DNA of 60,743 nucleotides, filler included, from Hydrolagus affinis (taxonomy: Eukaryota), in the NCBI GenBank assembly GCA_012026655.1. It is 4 parts of 4 records of this genome, joined end to end, with 100 filler letters (N's around TTAATTAATTAA, not from the genome) between each part and the next. Parts side by side here need not be neighbours in the genome. Positions count along the whole stretch, not along the records: positions 1 to 12,167 come from JAAILG010022352.1; 3 more parts are not named here. The stretch is one strand, 5' to 3'. Below are positions 1-12,267 of this stretch, in pieces (position 1 is the first letter of the stretch; each line of letters opens with the position of its first letter). The position numbers were made by a program, and so were the translations under genes. Under the pieces are notes generated by a model that was not told where the DNA came from, searched no databases, and worked only from the letters and a program-made list of their open reading frames with translations.

Positions 1-896
1 GAGTTTAGAGCGCTCACACGGCATGCGAGACATGGCTTTATTTCAGAGCAAGTCAAAAGTTGGACAAACTGATTTACTCTTCTGTTCATGCCTCTGTTAT
101 TTAGCATTAAATAGTAACCCGGTTGTTAGTCGTTAGTCGGACAATCACTGATTAGGCATTGTTAGCCAATCAATATATAACAACGATATGTCACCCAATT
201 TACAATTGTTCATGGAACACTGCTATGCAAATTTGGCTGCTGCGCTTCGCTCATAAAAATTAAAAACAATTCACATTATTGCGTATTTAAGTAACGGTTT
301 GGTGGGTAACGAAGAGGTTACGAAGAGGTCGCTATTCTAAACATAAGGATTATTATTGTTGTCCTCATATCTTCGAGACGTCTCAAACTAATTCGCAAAA
401 TACATGTATCGACTATAGTAGTTTTAATGTGATGTGAAGTCAGAAAATGAACACAGTGCATTATCGCCCTCTAGTGGTCAACGTATGATAGTTCAGCTCT
501 GTCTTCATATTTGATGTAAAACGTGACATAGTGCAATGATAGAAATAATAATGTGTTGTACGTTCCAGTGTCTTACGCCAGCTCCTAATACAGTAAAAAC
601 ACTAGCCTACTTGTCGTAGATTTTGATCCTTCAATAAATTGTATTGTTGATGATAATGATCTTTTCATGTGATACAGTGCCTAATCACAACTTCACGATA
701 TGTGAAAGCGAATCACAGTATCTAAAGTGAAGTGAATTAACTCTATATTTGATGGGAGATAAACGGCAGCCAATTGTGCAGAATACTGACAAGCAAACTG
801 TCAGAGATTGAAAGACCATTTACTAATGTTCATTTGGGGAGAATTATCTGCTCTGGGTAAACTAATTGACGAACAGCTGGATTCCAGCTTCCAACC

Positions 897-1625
897 AAAA
901 TAACTTTGATGTATATATCGCTCTCCACGCCGGATGGTGTCTCAGAGCGCTTCACAAGTGCGGATACCGGGACCGAACCAGGGGCAGGGTCAGAAAGGTT
1001 ACCAAAGGCGCGGTTGAGGAGAAAGTTATTCAGCTATGTCCTGAAACTGGGAAGAGGCGAAGGAGTTTAGGCAGGCAATTCCAGAGTCTCGGGCACAGTG
1101 GCTGAAGTCACGGCCGCCGAGTGTAGAGCGGAGGTTTCAGGGGATATAGCGGAGGCCAGACCCAGCGGAGCGAAGGCATTGTGTGCTGGTTTGGGGGGTA
1201 TGAGTGGGGGTGGGGGGGCTGGAGGAGATCAGAGAGATACGGGGGTGCAGAGAGATGAGTGACTTGAAAACAAGGGTAAATTATCTTTAAGTCGATCCTC
1301 TCTGGGATAGGGAGACAGGGAATTCTGGCGAGGACTGGGGTAATGGGAGAACGAAGCTTACATCGGGTGAGAATGCGGGCAGCAGAGTTCTCGATTAGCT
1401 GCATTTTGTGGATTGTGGAAGATTGGAGACCGGAGAGGAGGGCATAGCAATAGTACTGCCGAGAGGTGGCAAAGGCATGGACCAAGATTATATCGGCTTT
1501 TGGGGTGAGGTATTGCCGGATACGGGCGATCCGTCGATTGTTGTAGAAGGCAGTGTTGATAACGGACCGGATGTGCAGGAGGAAGGACAGTTGGGAGTCG
1601 AACCTATCACCTAGGTTGCGCACAG
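897..1625 (-). mobile_element. LINE2 (L2) 3' fragment, decayed ORF2 C-terminus plus tail
   Basis: ORF 1108-1623 reads NLGDRFDSQLSF..HI..LVHAFATSR.YY..ALLSGL...IHKMQLIENSAARILTR....ITPVLA...LPIPERIDLKI, the typical L2 ORF2 end; the AGCGCT-containing tail lies near 900-960. Boundaries approximate. Confidence 0.85.
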
Positions 1626-1629
1626 GTTC

Positions 1630-2010
1630 AACAACAATAACAACAACAATTGAAACTTAAAGAGCGCCTTGCACGTCGGGAGTACGTCCCAAGGCGCTGC
1701 ACAGGAGGCGTTTGACCATAGTTGGGAGGGGATTGTTGGGAAGGGGTGAAACACGTAGGGCAGGTCGAAAAGTTCGGTGGAGAACAAAACGCACGGTCGA
1801 AGAGGAAAGTCTTCAAACCGGCCTTGAAAGAGGAAAGGGAGGAAACAAGGCGGAGGGATTCGGGGATGGAATTCTATAGGGTGAGAACGGAGAAACTGAA
1901 GGCCAGGCCTCCAATGGTGGGGCGTTTCGGGCGGGGGGCTTGGAGCAAGCCAAGTCCGGCCAAGGTTCGTAGAGTATTAGTGGCAGGTCGGGAAGCTGCC
2001 CCTAAACCAC
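1630..2010 (-). mobile_element. LINE2 3' fragment
   Basis: KTFLFDRAF motif (ORF 1628-1816) and (AAC)n/AGAGCGCCTT..CGTCGGGA..ACGTCCCAAGGCGCTG tail shared with other L2 copies in the window. Confidence 0.8.
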
Positions 2011-3009
2011 CACACAGTATGTCGCACACCATATCTCTCACCCACACACCCCGCCACCCTACGATGCCCTATCTCACTTCGCCCCACCAAAGCAAATAGC
2101 TCTCGTATCCCCATAGCTCCCACCTCCACCCATAGCTACCACACTTCCAATAGCTTCCACCCTCATCCGGAATCTCTGGTTCAAAGAAGGAATACCTTGC
2201 GCCTTGCGACATCCAAATCAAATTGAATATAGAAAGTTCCTCTCCGGCCTATTGGGCGAAAATTCAATACATGTCGTTTTATTTGTTGTTGACATCAAAG
2301 GCGCCAGATAAGTGTAAATATTTTTGCTGTGAAGTGGCTTAACTCTGTTTAAAGCCAAATGGCACTTTTCAAGTTCCAAGATACTGTTGTTAATGAAACG
2401 AACCAAAAGAACACGCTAGACTTGTGCACCTCACTTTACTATGGAAAGTAGTCCACATTCGTTCACTTTACAGTGTATTCTGCGAAGCGCTTTGAGACAG
2501 ATAGAAGACGCGCACAGCGCTCTATCAAATGCAAGGATTATTTGTTATTATTACTATAGTCTGTCGGTAACACAGTTTGTGTGAAAATATAAAGTTATTC
2601 CTTCATTTGATATAGCGGATTGCAACTTCTTTGATACGTCTCAATTCTCTTCAGATCTTCCGGACGTCTAAAGGAGCTTCACCGAACATACTATAAAGGG
2701 AATTGGCTGTAGAGAGTTGCCGATGAATTCCGGCAGTAAATTTCGCACAGCATGGTCCGTCAAACAGTGGTGAATAATAGCGAGTTATTAATGATTACTA
2801 CCGTGTGTGTGGAGTAAGGAAACTTGCCCAAGGATTCAGAATGCTGATCTGGCTAAATGCCAAAGTCATAAATCATTTCAAAGGCAAACTAATTGCAAGA
2901 CGAGTCCATCTTCCTGAAATCAGTGCCTAACGTCCGAAGCTTTTCATTATCACACAATGTGCAATTTCATTGAAAAAACAAATAACTTTATCGTTTCCTA
3001 TTCTGTGAC

Positions 3010-3490
3010 CCCATCTCCCCCATCCTCGCCCGAATCCAATGACTCCTCATCATCCAGAGGATCAAATCAAGATGCAGTTCCTCACATTTAAAGCCTTTCA
3101 GTACCTCGCCTCACCCTATATCCATGACCTTCTGTATCCTTAACAACTTGCGCATCTCCACCGCTCATCATGCTGTGGACTGCTCTACATCCCCCGACCC
3201 ATCTGCCCAACCAATGACACGCGAGCTTTTAGCCACTCTGCCCCACACCTCTGGAAATACATATCGCAGTCCCTCCGCTTCGACCCTTCTCTGGCCTCCT
3301 GCAGGCCTCGACTGAAGACTCTCCTCCTCGATGGAACCATCACCAACTCCTAATCCCGCCCTTCCACTATTTTGCTCCCACCCACCCGTCCTCATCTCGG
3401 GTGTGAAGCAATAACTGCCCAGCGAATGCGAAGGTCCGCCTGACGTGAAGGGCGCTGTACAAATGCAATTTTGTTGCTGCCGTTGTTCGT
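3010..3490 (+). mobile_element. LINE2 3' fragment
   Basis: Contains CTGAAGACTCTCCTCCTCGA (KTLL-type motif) and ends in the GTGAAGGGCGCTGTACAAATGCAA(TTG)n tail. Confidence 0.7.
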
Positions 3491-4724
3491 CATACCGCTC
3501 CTTTAGTGCGGGATAGTTGGCTGTTTCATTTTGGAAGAAGGGTGAAACAACTTTAAGAGCTGCAGGTGATGATTTGCAGGGGTGTGCGCATTCTTGCAAA
3601 ATACTACTGCAATTCTTGCTTTTTACACTGTTGACTATTGGTCCAAAGATAGAAAAATTGGAAAGAAACATGGTACCAACCGGCGGTCACTTAATGCATG
3701 TTACCAAGAGTAATTTGGATGATGCAAGTATGCCCAACGTTTATTACTGATACTTATCAAACCACTGTTCTTCTCTCCGAAATCTTTCTCCTACAAATAG
3801 GTCAATTCTCTTTGCAGTATATTCTATCAAGCGCTCTGAGTCGTCGGCAAGATGTGAAAAGCGATACATCAAAAATGCAAGGATTATTATTATTATATTA
3901 TCATATCCTTGCCTCTCTTTCCAGTATACACAGACGCTACGTGAGCTGTTGGGTGTTCCCAGCGATCTCAGTATCTTTTCCCGTTTAAATTATGTTTCAC
4001 TGACAAAGCATTAATCTCAACACAATGCGTCTTTGAAGTTTGTACAATTAACATCCATTGGGACCAGCGGCTCGAAATTATTTCGCCAAAAGCAAAGCAA
4101 TTGAGAAAATGATACATCTCAAAAAAGCTATGTATGTTGACTGTTTCTATCTGCAGATTCGCAGTTAATTAAATTTACAGTATATTAACTGAAACATGAT
4201 GAGAAGTCGAGCAACAACAACAACGTTAAACTTGTGCAGCGCCTTTCACGTCAGGAGAAAATCCCAAGGCTCTCAACAGTTGCTGCTTTAGACACGAGCT
4301 GACGACGGGGTGGGAAGGGGGTAGCGGAGGACGTGTTACCGATGGGTCCATCGAAGAGGAGAGTCTTGGGGCAAGACTCGAAGGAGAGACGATGTAATGC
4401 CCTCATACCAAAATCAAAGATTTTTATTGCTGTTGTTTCCTCTACTCTTTCCCTGTGTGTACCATTCTATCGCTTTTTCGCTTGTGGTTTGAAATTTAGT
4501 CACGTGTTTCCTGTGAGAGACAGAGCAGCGAAGTTACAAACAGTCAACTGGGTCATCTGTCAGGAATTACATCTGTTCTCTCATTAAACCCATTAGCTCC
4601 TCTTTGTAGGTTTATGTACGGCGGTGTATGTGTGTCACTCATCTCGCTTCTCATGAACACCGACAGCAACTGATAGAGTGCTTCTCTCCAGGTGGATGGA
4701 AGCACTGAGGAAATGATCACAGTC

Positions 4725-4763
4725 AGTTATTGTACGAGTCTCTGACTGGCACACAACACTGTG
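4725..4763 (-). other. 23-RSS of V1 (heptamer CACAGTG 4763-4757, 23-nt spacer, nonamer ACAATAACT 4733-4725)
   Basis: Perfect heptamer directly after YYCALE, exactly 23 nt of spacer, nonamer 7/9 to ACAAAAACC. Confidence 0.95.
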
Positions 4764-5071
4764 TGGTTCGAGTGCGCAGTAATACACAGCGCTGTCCGAC
4801 AGCTCCAATGGAGAGATAGTTAAACTGGTGAATTGTATCGACTTCTGGAGCTCAACAGTGAAGCGCTTTTCAGCAAATTCTGCTTTATATGTACGACCAC
4901 TAGACAATTTTTTCAGCACATACTGGGGCTGTTTTCCTTGCTGTTCACGGTACCAGTGTAAAAAGTAGCTGATCTGAGATGTATCATAATGACATTCCAT
5001 GGTCACACGTCCTCCATGTTTCGCAGAAAGTGAAGTCGCCTTCTGTGTAACGGAATCTCCATGGGTCAGGC
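4764..5071 (-). CDS. TRAV/TRDV: TCR alpha/delta V segment V1, V exon
   Basis: Acceptor tttcag at 5072; open frame (G)LTHGDSVTQ..VTMECHYDT..YFLHWYREQQGKQPQYVL..RFTVEL..TSLTISPLELSDSAVYYCALE with Cys, Trp and YYC; followed by a 23-RSS. Confidence 0.93.
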
Positions 5072-5692
5072 CTGAAAGACAAGAAAGTGGAGGTCACTAG
5101 TACACTACAACCGTCTGACCTCAACATTGTTTACAACAATTTCAGGCCATAGGAGCTTCTCCCCCCCACACGCATCACCCATCACAATCATAACTCCAGA
5201 CACGCATTGCTTCTCTGTTGTTTTGATTGTTCTATCAACAACAAAAAACACTTCTCCCCAGTTTCGTTCAAACCCATCCCGTATTGTTTCTCTCCTCGAA
5301 GTCTTTAACACATATTCAACACATCAGTTAAAACACTATTTTTGCCTTTTCCTTTGTCTGCCTTGTCCCCTTTGACTTTCATGTCCTGCCTCTCCTCCTT
5401 TAACGTCCTTAAGAAACCCCTCCCTCCAAAAAAGCCCCAGTTCTGACGAAGGGTTGTAGACCCCCAACGTTGACACTTTTTCCTTTCTCCATGGATGCTG
5501 CCTGACCTGCTGAGTTTCCCCAGCAACTTTTGTTTCTGTTCCACTAGTATACTGATTATTGCAGTACTTACACAGGCGAGAGGACAGTTTTACCGTGGGA
5601 AAGGGCGAAACCAAAGGAAAGTTTTTATTCGATTGTGAACCGCTTTATCGGGGACTATTAACCCTTCTCAAGGATAGATAGATATTATGGAG

Positions 5693-6030
5693 CTGCTGCA
5701 GCTCAGTGGTCAGAGCACTCGCCTTACAAGCGCGAGATCTGTGTTTGAATCCAGGCTGCTTAGTGCGAAACCATCGACAAGTGTCTAAACTCCAAAAATA
5801 CACACACACCCATACATACACTCGCATAGTAATAATCCACTCAAAAAAACCACACTCATAAAATTGGTTATTCTAATCCACTACTGTGTGACACTGCTGT
5901 GCAGAATGGGCTGCCGTGTTTCGCGCACACATATATACAGTCTATTCACATTGCAGTATATTAGGTAAAGCGATTTCAGATATCAATAAAATATGAAACG
6001 AGCTAGATCAGATGGATGAATTATTACTAT
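5693..6030 (+). mobile_element. tRNA-derived SINE in the V1 leader intron
   Basis: Head GCAGCTCAGTGGTCAGAGCACTCGCCTTACAAGCG..TTTGAATCC (A/B boxes), body ACACTGCTGTGCA..TGGGCTGCC and AAAGCG..ATTATTA tail, as in more than 15 other copies in the window. Confidence 0.8.
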
Positions 6031-6197
6031 TCGAAAGATATACAGTCACTAAGCTTTCTATTGTATATATTTTAGAGCCTGGAAGCTTCTCGGTGATGCA
6101 TTGTAGCAATATGTCTGATGTATGTATTACAACTATGGATCATTTCAAAGTAACAAGAAAGAAATATCGATTCAACCAGACTGATGATAGAAATTAC

Positions 6198-6243
6198 CTG
6201 TTAGAATAGCAGCCAGAGCCAGATACACACTGGCTGCCCCCAT
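6198..6243 (-). CDS. TRAV/TRDV: Leader exon of V1 (MGAASVYLALAAILT-G)
   Basis: 46-nt ATG...G|gtaatt exon, hydrophobic, phase 1 matching the V exon at 5071. Confidence 0.85.
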
Positions 6244-6340
6244 CTCCACCTCTCTCTCCACAGCTCCGTTGTGCCATTGTTAATAGATTGATTTTGATCT
6301 GGGACAAGACACTTGACAGACAGGTGACACTGGATCACTG

Positions 6341-6350
6341 TGACATCACG
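6341..6350 (-). promoter_or_regulatory. CRE-like decamer CGTGATGTCA in the V1 promoter
   Basis: About 100 bp upstream of the leader ATG; 9/10 to the AGTGATGTCA decamer known from TCR V promoters. Confidence 0.5.
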
Positions 6351-6479
6351 TGCTGATCACATGTTGTGGCCATCGCCTGCTCAATGTGGGGGAAGTTAAT
6401 GTGTCACCATTTATACACTAGGGGGAGGAGATGGTGAAATGAGTCTCCTTTGAGCCATTTCAGTTTGTTGCCAGGCTTG

Positions 6480-7125
6480 GCAGTGAATTGTAGACTAGAT
6501 GATATTAGATAGATAATATAGATAATCAACGGTCGGTTGAATGCCGTTGTCAGCTCTCGGTAGGACAACGCAAATGCCCTCCTCGCTGGTCTCCCCTCCA
6601 CCACAATCCATTCAATTCAGTTCATTTAGAACTCTGCCGCCCAGTTTCTCACCCCCACCAAATTGCGCTCCCTGATGACGCCAGTCCTTGCCAGACTTCA
6701 CTGGCTCCCTGTCTCTTAGACCATCGATTTCAAGATCCTCACTTTGGTTTTCAAGACTCTCCACTCCTCTGCACCACCTACCTCTCTGACATCCTCTGTC
6801 CCCAACACAGCACCCGTTGCCTGCAATCCTCTCATTCTGGTTCCTCGCTTGTCCCCCGATTCCTCCGCTCCAGCATCCGCGGCCGTGCATTCAGCCACTA
6901 CACCGCGATGCTCTGGAATCCCCTTCCCCACTCCCTTGCCTCGCTCCCTCTATCTCTAGTTTCAGGTCTCGGATGAAGACCTTATTGTTCGACCGTGCCT
7001 TCGGTCACCTTATAAACCCTCCCGTTGGCCCTGGCCAGGGAACGGCTACTGTGAAGCGCTCTGAGACGCCGTTTGCCGTGAAGAGCGCAACATAAATCAG
7101 AGTTGTGATTGTCGTTGTTGTTATT
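6480..7125 (+). mobile_element. LINE2 3' fragment
   Basis: NSAAQFLT..LRSLMTPVLARLHWLPV..IDFKILTLVFK.LH reading, KTLLFDRAF motif and a GTGAAGCGCTCTGAGACG...(TTG)n tail. Confidence 0.85.
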
Positions 7126-7349
7126 GGTTCATTTGCGCCTTCAGCTCATAGTCTAAACTGAAACTCACAGTCGGTGCTGCATGAGGGTCGCAGTGGCATC
7201 AAATGTTCACTCACTTGAGAAATATTTGTGCTAACATTTCCGTATGGAAATTGCCGAGAGTGTTTGCCTACAAGGCAAAGTACAATAAAATGAAAGCATT
7301 ACAACTCTACAGCGCCTCTCACGGAGGTCGGAATTGGCAAGTCGCTGGA

Positions 7350-7675
7350 TATAATAATAATAATTCATATACTTGATATAGCGGTTTTCACATCTTGTCG
7401 ATTTGTAAAAGCGTTTCCCAGGAAAAAAAACTGTTAATTGTGTTGACTGTATATTTGTGGGAGAAACGCGGCAGCCATTTGCACACAGCAGTGACCCCCA
7501 CAAACAATCGTGGAGCGAAATGACCTATTGTATTTTAGTGTTTTTTCTTGGAGAGATTACTGTCATGCGTGTGGAGTAAGGAAACTTGCCCAAGGTTTCG
7601 CCCTGACCTGCCTAGATTCGAACACAGGTCTCACACTTTTACGGACAATGCTCTAACCACTGAGATACAGGAGCA
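7350..7675 (-). mobile_element. tRNA-derived SINE, near full length
   Basis: Minus strand reads CTCCTGTATCTCAGTGGTTAGAGCATT..GTTCGAATCTAGGCAGGTCAGGGCGAAACCTTGGGCAAGTTTCCTTACTCCACACGC through to the TTATTATTA tail. Confidence 0.85.
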
Positions 7676-9083
7676 AAACAATAGTGTATGTGAGTGAAAG
7701 GCAATAAAATAGATCAAGTGACATAGAGATTGCATTTTGATGAACAAAAGCCTTGTGATAATCAGCTTATTGATAAAGCTTTGTGCAATGCGGATCAAGC
7801 AGCAATAGTGTGTGTGAGGGAAGCAATGTCAACTGTATCAGGAAACACTTGTGATAGCTGCCAATGACTTAATTACAGAAAAGCACATGGCAAGTTACAT
7901 CATTTGCAGCTGATGTTATAAGTATGTTCAGGTCGCCTCCTGGTGGTGGTTTGCAGCTACAGCAGGTTTACAATGGAGACATTCGAAAGCAAATTGTTTT
8001 AGAACTGTCTTGAATTATCGCTTCGTTTCTCCTCTCGTGGAAGGATATACCTTTGTCTCGTTCCCCTGCTTGTTCCTCATGTTTTACTAGCTTAACTAGA
8101 AAATTGGACTCGAATTCAATCCACAATCTATTGGCGTATTCGTGCTCATACTTGCATCCCACTGACGCCCAATTTAAGGTAATTAGTTGATTATTTCCTG
8201 TAAGTGTTTTTATTATTTGACAGAATATTGTGGTAACTTTGGTCATGTTACAGTATCACAAGAATAAATTTACATTAAAAAGCGTTATTTCCATTGGGAG
8301 GAGTTCCAAATATCACTATATGCACTTGGCAAACTATTTATTCGAATAATAAAATCAGCTAATCATTTTCATTATACAGTATTGTATTACATCAATAATA
8401 CAACTTGCGTTCACTATTCACCACATAGCATCGTGTGTTTAGGATTCCAGGCGTTTATTGAACCAGTTATACTTGTCAAATTGAAATGAGTTAATCAGTA
8501 ATCCACGCCTTATAATGAGAAAATTCTGAATCTCATATTTCGGACAGAACGCAGAGCATTGAACTTTAATGTGTTTCCGTGTCACAGTCATGCTACAGTA
8601 ATAGATACAGCAAGCCTTGAAGCTATGTATGTTTTTTGTAACTGAATAAAACTGGGCCCTAAGCTTTGCAAATTTCTGACTAAATCCATCCCTCTTGCCA
8701 AACCATCACCCAGACCAACTTATCTCTCTACACATTCGCTCTGACAATGAACCTAAATTACAGTTCCTCTTGTCACCAAACATTTCTGGACCATGCTCCG
8801 TCACGTTTATTTACTGTAGAGCACGGTCCCTCACGAAATAGGATTAATGAGAACAGGAGTGGGCAATTCAACTCCGCGCATAAGGGATGATTATTAATGC
8901 ATAATGAACTCTGAGAATTATTAAGCTGGTTACTATTTACCGCTACGCAAACAGAGGCGTGTGGGTAAAATAAGGAAGTTTTATGTACAGTACAGAACTA
9001 TTTGCTGGGCAATGAATGGAACCCAGGTGCTCTCGCTTGCAAAGCGAATGCTCTAACCACTGAGCTGCAGGCCTCAGCTTGTG

Positions 9084-9122
9084 GGTATTTGTACGGCAGG
9101 AACACTGATCTGTGCCTCTGTG
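9084..9122 (-). other. 23-RSS of V2 (CACAGAG, 23 nt, ACAAATACC)
   Basis: Heptamer 9122-9116 after YYCALSP, 23-nt spacer, nonamer 8/9. Confidence 0.93.
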
Positions 9123-9435
9123 GGGCTCAGTGCACAGTAATACACAGCAGACTCTGTCACTGTCACTAGGGATATATTCAATGGCACGGTTTGCCGCGCT
9201 TTATCCAAATTAGTTGAGAAACGTTCTTTTGCAAATTCTGCAGGATATTCCTTATTGCTGCTGATGAGTAACATAGGGATATATTCTGGAGCTATGTTGG
9301 TATAGTGACGGTACCAGAATATATATGGATTGCCGCCGCTTGTAGCTGTATAATTACACAGCAGATAGGCATATTCTCCTTCACTCACTGTCACAGTAGA
9401 TTGGAGCTGTGTCACAGAGTCTCCTCCACAAAGCC
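9123..9435 (-). CDS. TRAV/TRDV: TCR alpha/delta V segment V2, V exon
   Basis: Acceptor ttttctag; (G)LCGGDSVTQLQSTVTVSEG..LLCNY..IFWYRHY..APEYI..FAKERFSTNLDK..VPLNISLVTVTESAVYYCALS; open frame; RSS follows. Confidence 0.93.
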
Positions 9436-9783
9436 CTAGAAAACAGAAACACATCATCATTCATTACAACAGCAACAATTCCAATCAGCCTCTTGTGTTT
9501 CGTAACGCGCCTTATTAAATCTTTGATACATCTCCATCAATTCACAGAATAATATTAGCAAAGAACAAAATAGTTTGTGTAATGTTTCGCCCTTTCCTGT
9601 CAGGGAATCCTCTCGGATTGTGAGATGCAGCATGATTCTCTCGGCTGTGAAGCCAGTGTTATAAACACTGAAAAAATGGACACTCCACCTCTTCAATCTC
9701 TTTCTGTATTATTATGTATCGTTCGCGATAAAGCATAGGCATTGAATAATAATTTTGGATACAAATAAAGATAGAATGGTTAC

Positions 9784-9829
9784 CTGACAAGGTGATGATG
9801 GCTGCTGCCACATAGATACACATTGCCAT
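9784..9829 (-). CDS. TRAV/TRDV: Leader exon of V2 (MAMCIYVAAAIITLS-G)
   Basis: 46-nt ATG...G|gtaacc exon, hydrophobic, phase 1. Confidence 0.87.
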
Positions 9830-10872
9830 GTGTATCTAATTGCACTGTTTGGAGTGAGAGCGTTGATAGTGTAGTTGGAGTATGTTGTCTAGGAGGCAGA
9901 AAGGCCTCTTGAGGACCGCTGAACAGTGAATGAAAGACAGAAGTTGCCATGCACTCTGAGGGAGCTGGTCTGAGGTTTATGTGTAACCACGTTTGTCAGT
10001 GTCATTCAGCGTCATTTCCTCTGCTCTACCATCTCGCTACTCCATTGGTTCTCCTCCAACCCTGACATGTGTTTGATCAACAAGGTGTCTGACACGTGCA
10101 GCAACTTACACCAATAATCCTGTTACTAATCGTCCAAACACATACATGTTATTCACTTATCTTTTCTATCTGTGGATTCCTATAACTTAATGGTATCAAT
10201 TCTCACCCCACTAACAAGAAAAAAAAACAGCTTCGATTTTTGTAGCGCCCTTCACGCCGGACGGAGTCTCAGAGCGCTTCATGTTGCCTCACAAGCAACA
10301 TGAAGTTTGCTCCAGGTAGGGCGATATGTTGGATAATTTTCCTTACTCTATCCTCCCACTTCTGTTTACCCATTAATAAGTAGCAGTTTATCTATATATC
10401 AATTTATCTGGTTGGTTTCCAGTGTTAATTATCCCATATAGAATATGTAATTAAATCCACCACTGTTTGTGTGACATTGCTGTGCACAATTGGCTGCCTG
10501 TTTTCGCCTGCAAATCGCCGAGTCACTACATTGTACAGTGTAGTCTATGAAGCGACTAGTGACCTCACAAGACAGGCCGAGGTATTCAGTGGAAGCCAAT
10601 GAGTATGTACACGGGGCTAGACAATGGCCTGATGTGTGTTGGCGTCACATTCCCTGGGGCAGCTGGCAATTGGGTAACGATGTGAAACCAGCCATGTAGA
10701 GGATTTCAAAGCCAAAGAGGAGAAGCCACGTGGCGTCAGCATTTCTCAGACGTCTCTGCCCCAGTTGGTTGAAAGTTTTCTTCCTGCCCGGTTTCCTCTC
10801 CAGGCTTCTGGTTTACAGGAGTTTGGGCAATAAACACACATTTTTCTAGGATAACTCATGTCTGCAAGATAT

Positions 10873-11350
10873 CATAGAATCATAGAATGTTACGGCAAGG
10901 AAGGAGGCCATTCGGCCCATTCGACCGGCTCTTTGACCGAGCAAGTCACTTTCATTAACACCAATCACCAGCTTTATCCCCATAACCCTGCAAACACGTC
11001 TTCCCCAGATACCTATCTAGTTCTCGCTTAAAAGCTGCTATCAAATCGGATCTCACTACCTTTTGAGGCAGATAACTCCAAATTCGAACAACTCGCTGAG
11101 TAAAAAAAAAATTGCAACCAGCTCCCCTCTGCTTCTTTTTGTAGATATCTTAAGATTGTGACGATGGGTCGCAGACACCCCTACCAGCGGACACAGTTTT
11201 TCCCTATGCAGCCTGTCGAAACCTATCATAATCTTGAAGAACCCCATCAAGTCCCCGCGTAACCTTATCCGCTCTAATGGGAAATGTCCTAACTTCTCAA
11301 ACCTGTCCTCATAGCTAACGTTACCCATTCCTGGTATCATTCTCGTGAAT
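10873..11350 (-). mobile_element. CR1 LINE 3' fragment
   Basis: ORF 11056-11340 MIPGMGNVSYEDRFEKLG.FPLERIRLRGDLMGFFKIMIGFDRL is the CR1 ORF2 C-terminus; CATAGAAT tail at 10873-10890. Confidence 0.88.
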
Positions 11351-11920
11351 TTAATTTATTTATATGAACTGGGCTTCACATAAAAAATATCATATTTGTA
11401 AACCGTTAGTCTGAAACATTGGGAAATCCATCGAAATAGTTGTGAGATTCTACATGAAGCTGTGTGTTGCGATAATCCTTCATTTTGATATAGCACATTA
11501 TCATGTCTTCAAAACACCTCCAAACGCTTCAAATGATATGCCGTAAAGTGTAATGTTATTGCATTGTGTGACAGAGACTTACATAAAGAATTGACTCACA
11601 AACTGTGATTGATCGAGGCACTATTTTCTGTTTAATGGATTATTATACCCTGGAATGCGCTCCACCAAACCTCTGTCAACCGGGATCCAAATTACTGCTC
11701 GGCACAGAAAGAATGATAATCACACTTGAATATTGTGTAGCAATTTGTGAAGTCTTTAATACGTAACAAATCACTTTACTTGTTCCACTGTGTAGTGAGG
11801 TAACTGTAGATGGTGCCGGCTATATGTGACAGCCAATTGCACGCAGCAGTTTTCCACAAACGCTCGTGGATTGAAAAGGCGAGTGATATATCCAGTGAGC
11901 TACAGTAACATACAGCCGTA

Positions 11921-11959
11921 TCTTTGTGTACAGGCTCCTCTCAGACACGCAGCACTGTG
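11921..11959 (-). other. 23-RSS of V3 (CACAGTG, 23 nt, ACACAAAGA)
   Basis: Perfect heptamer 11959-11953 after YFCAAE; 23-nt spacer; nonamer 6/9. Confidence 0.85.
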
Positions 11960-12167
11960 CTCTCTGCTGCACAGAAGTAATTGGCGGTGTCTGTCACTCG
12001 CACGTCTCTGATTGCCAGTGTGCTGTTCTTCTCCTTTGTATCAGCCAAAGCACTTATCCTCTCCTCCATCTTGATCTCTCTGCTTCCCTTCAACAGCAAA
12101 TGGATGGAGCCGTTTCCATACTGTTTGTACCATTGAAAAGTTGAGTTGTACAACGTGGTGTTGCACT
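11960..12167 (-). CDS. TRAV/TRDV: TCR alpha-type V segment V3, partial (5' end lost in gap)
   Basis: CNTTLYNSTFQWYKQYGNGSIHLLL..ERISALADTKEKNSTLAIRDVRVTDTANYFCAAE; both Cys and the Trp are present; a different V family from V1, V2 and V4. Confidence 0.88.
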
Positions 12168-12267
12168 NNNNNNNNNNNNNNNNNNNNNNNNNNNNNNNNN
12201 NNNNNNNNNNNTTAATTAATTAANNNNNNNNNNNNNNNNNNNNNNNNNNNNNNNNNNNNNNNNNNNN
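12168..12267. other. Assembly gap with TTAATTAATTAA filler
   Basis: N-run with the 12-mer at 12212-12223; the same filler recurs at 29859 and 48369. Confidence 0.95.

Noticed and set aside
12212-12223. TTAATTAATTAA palindromic motif (also 29859 and 48369)
   Set aside because: Always embedded in N-runs; an assembly or scaffolding filler, not biology.
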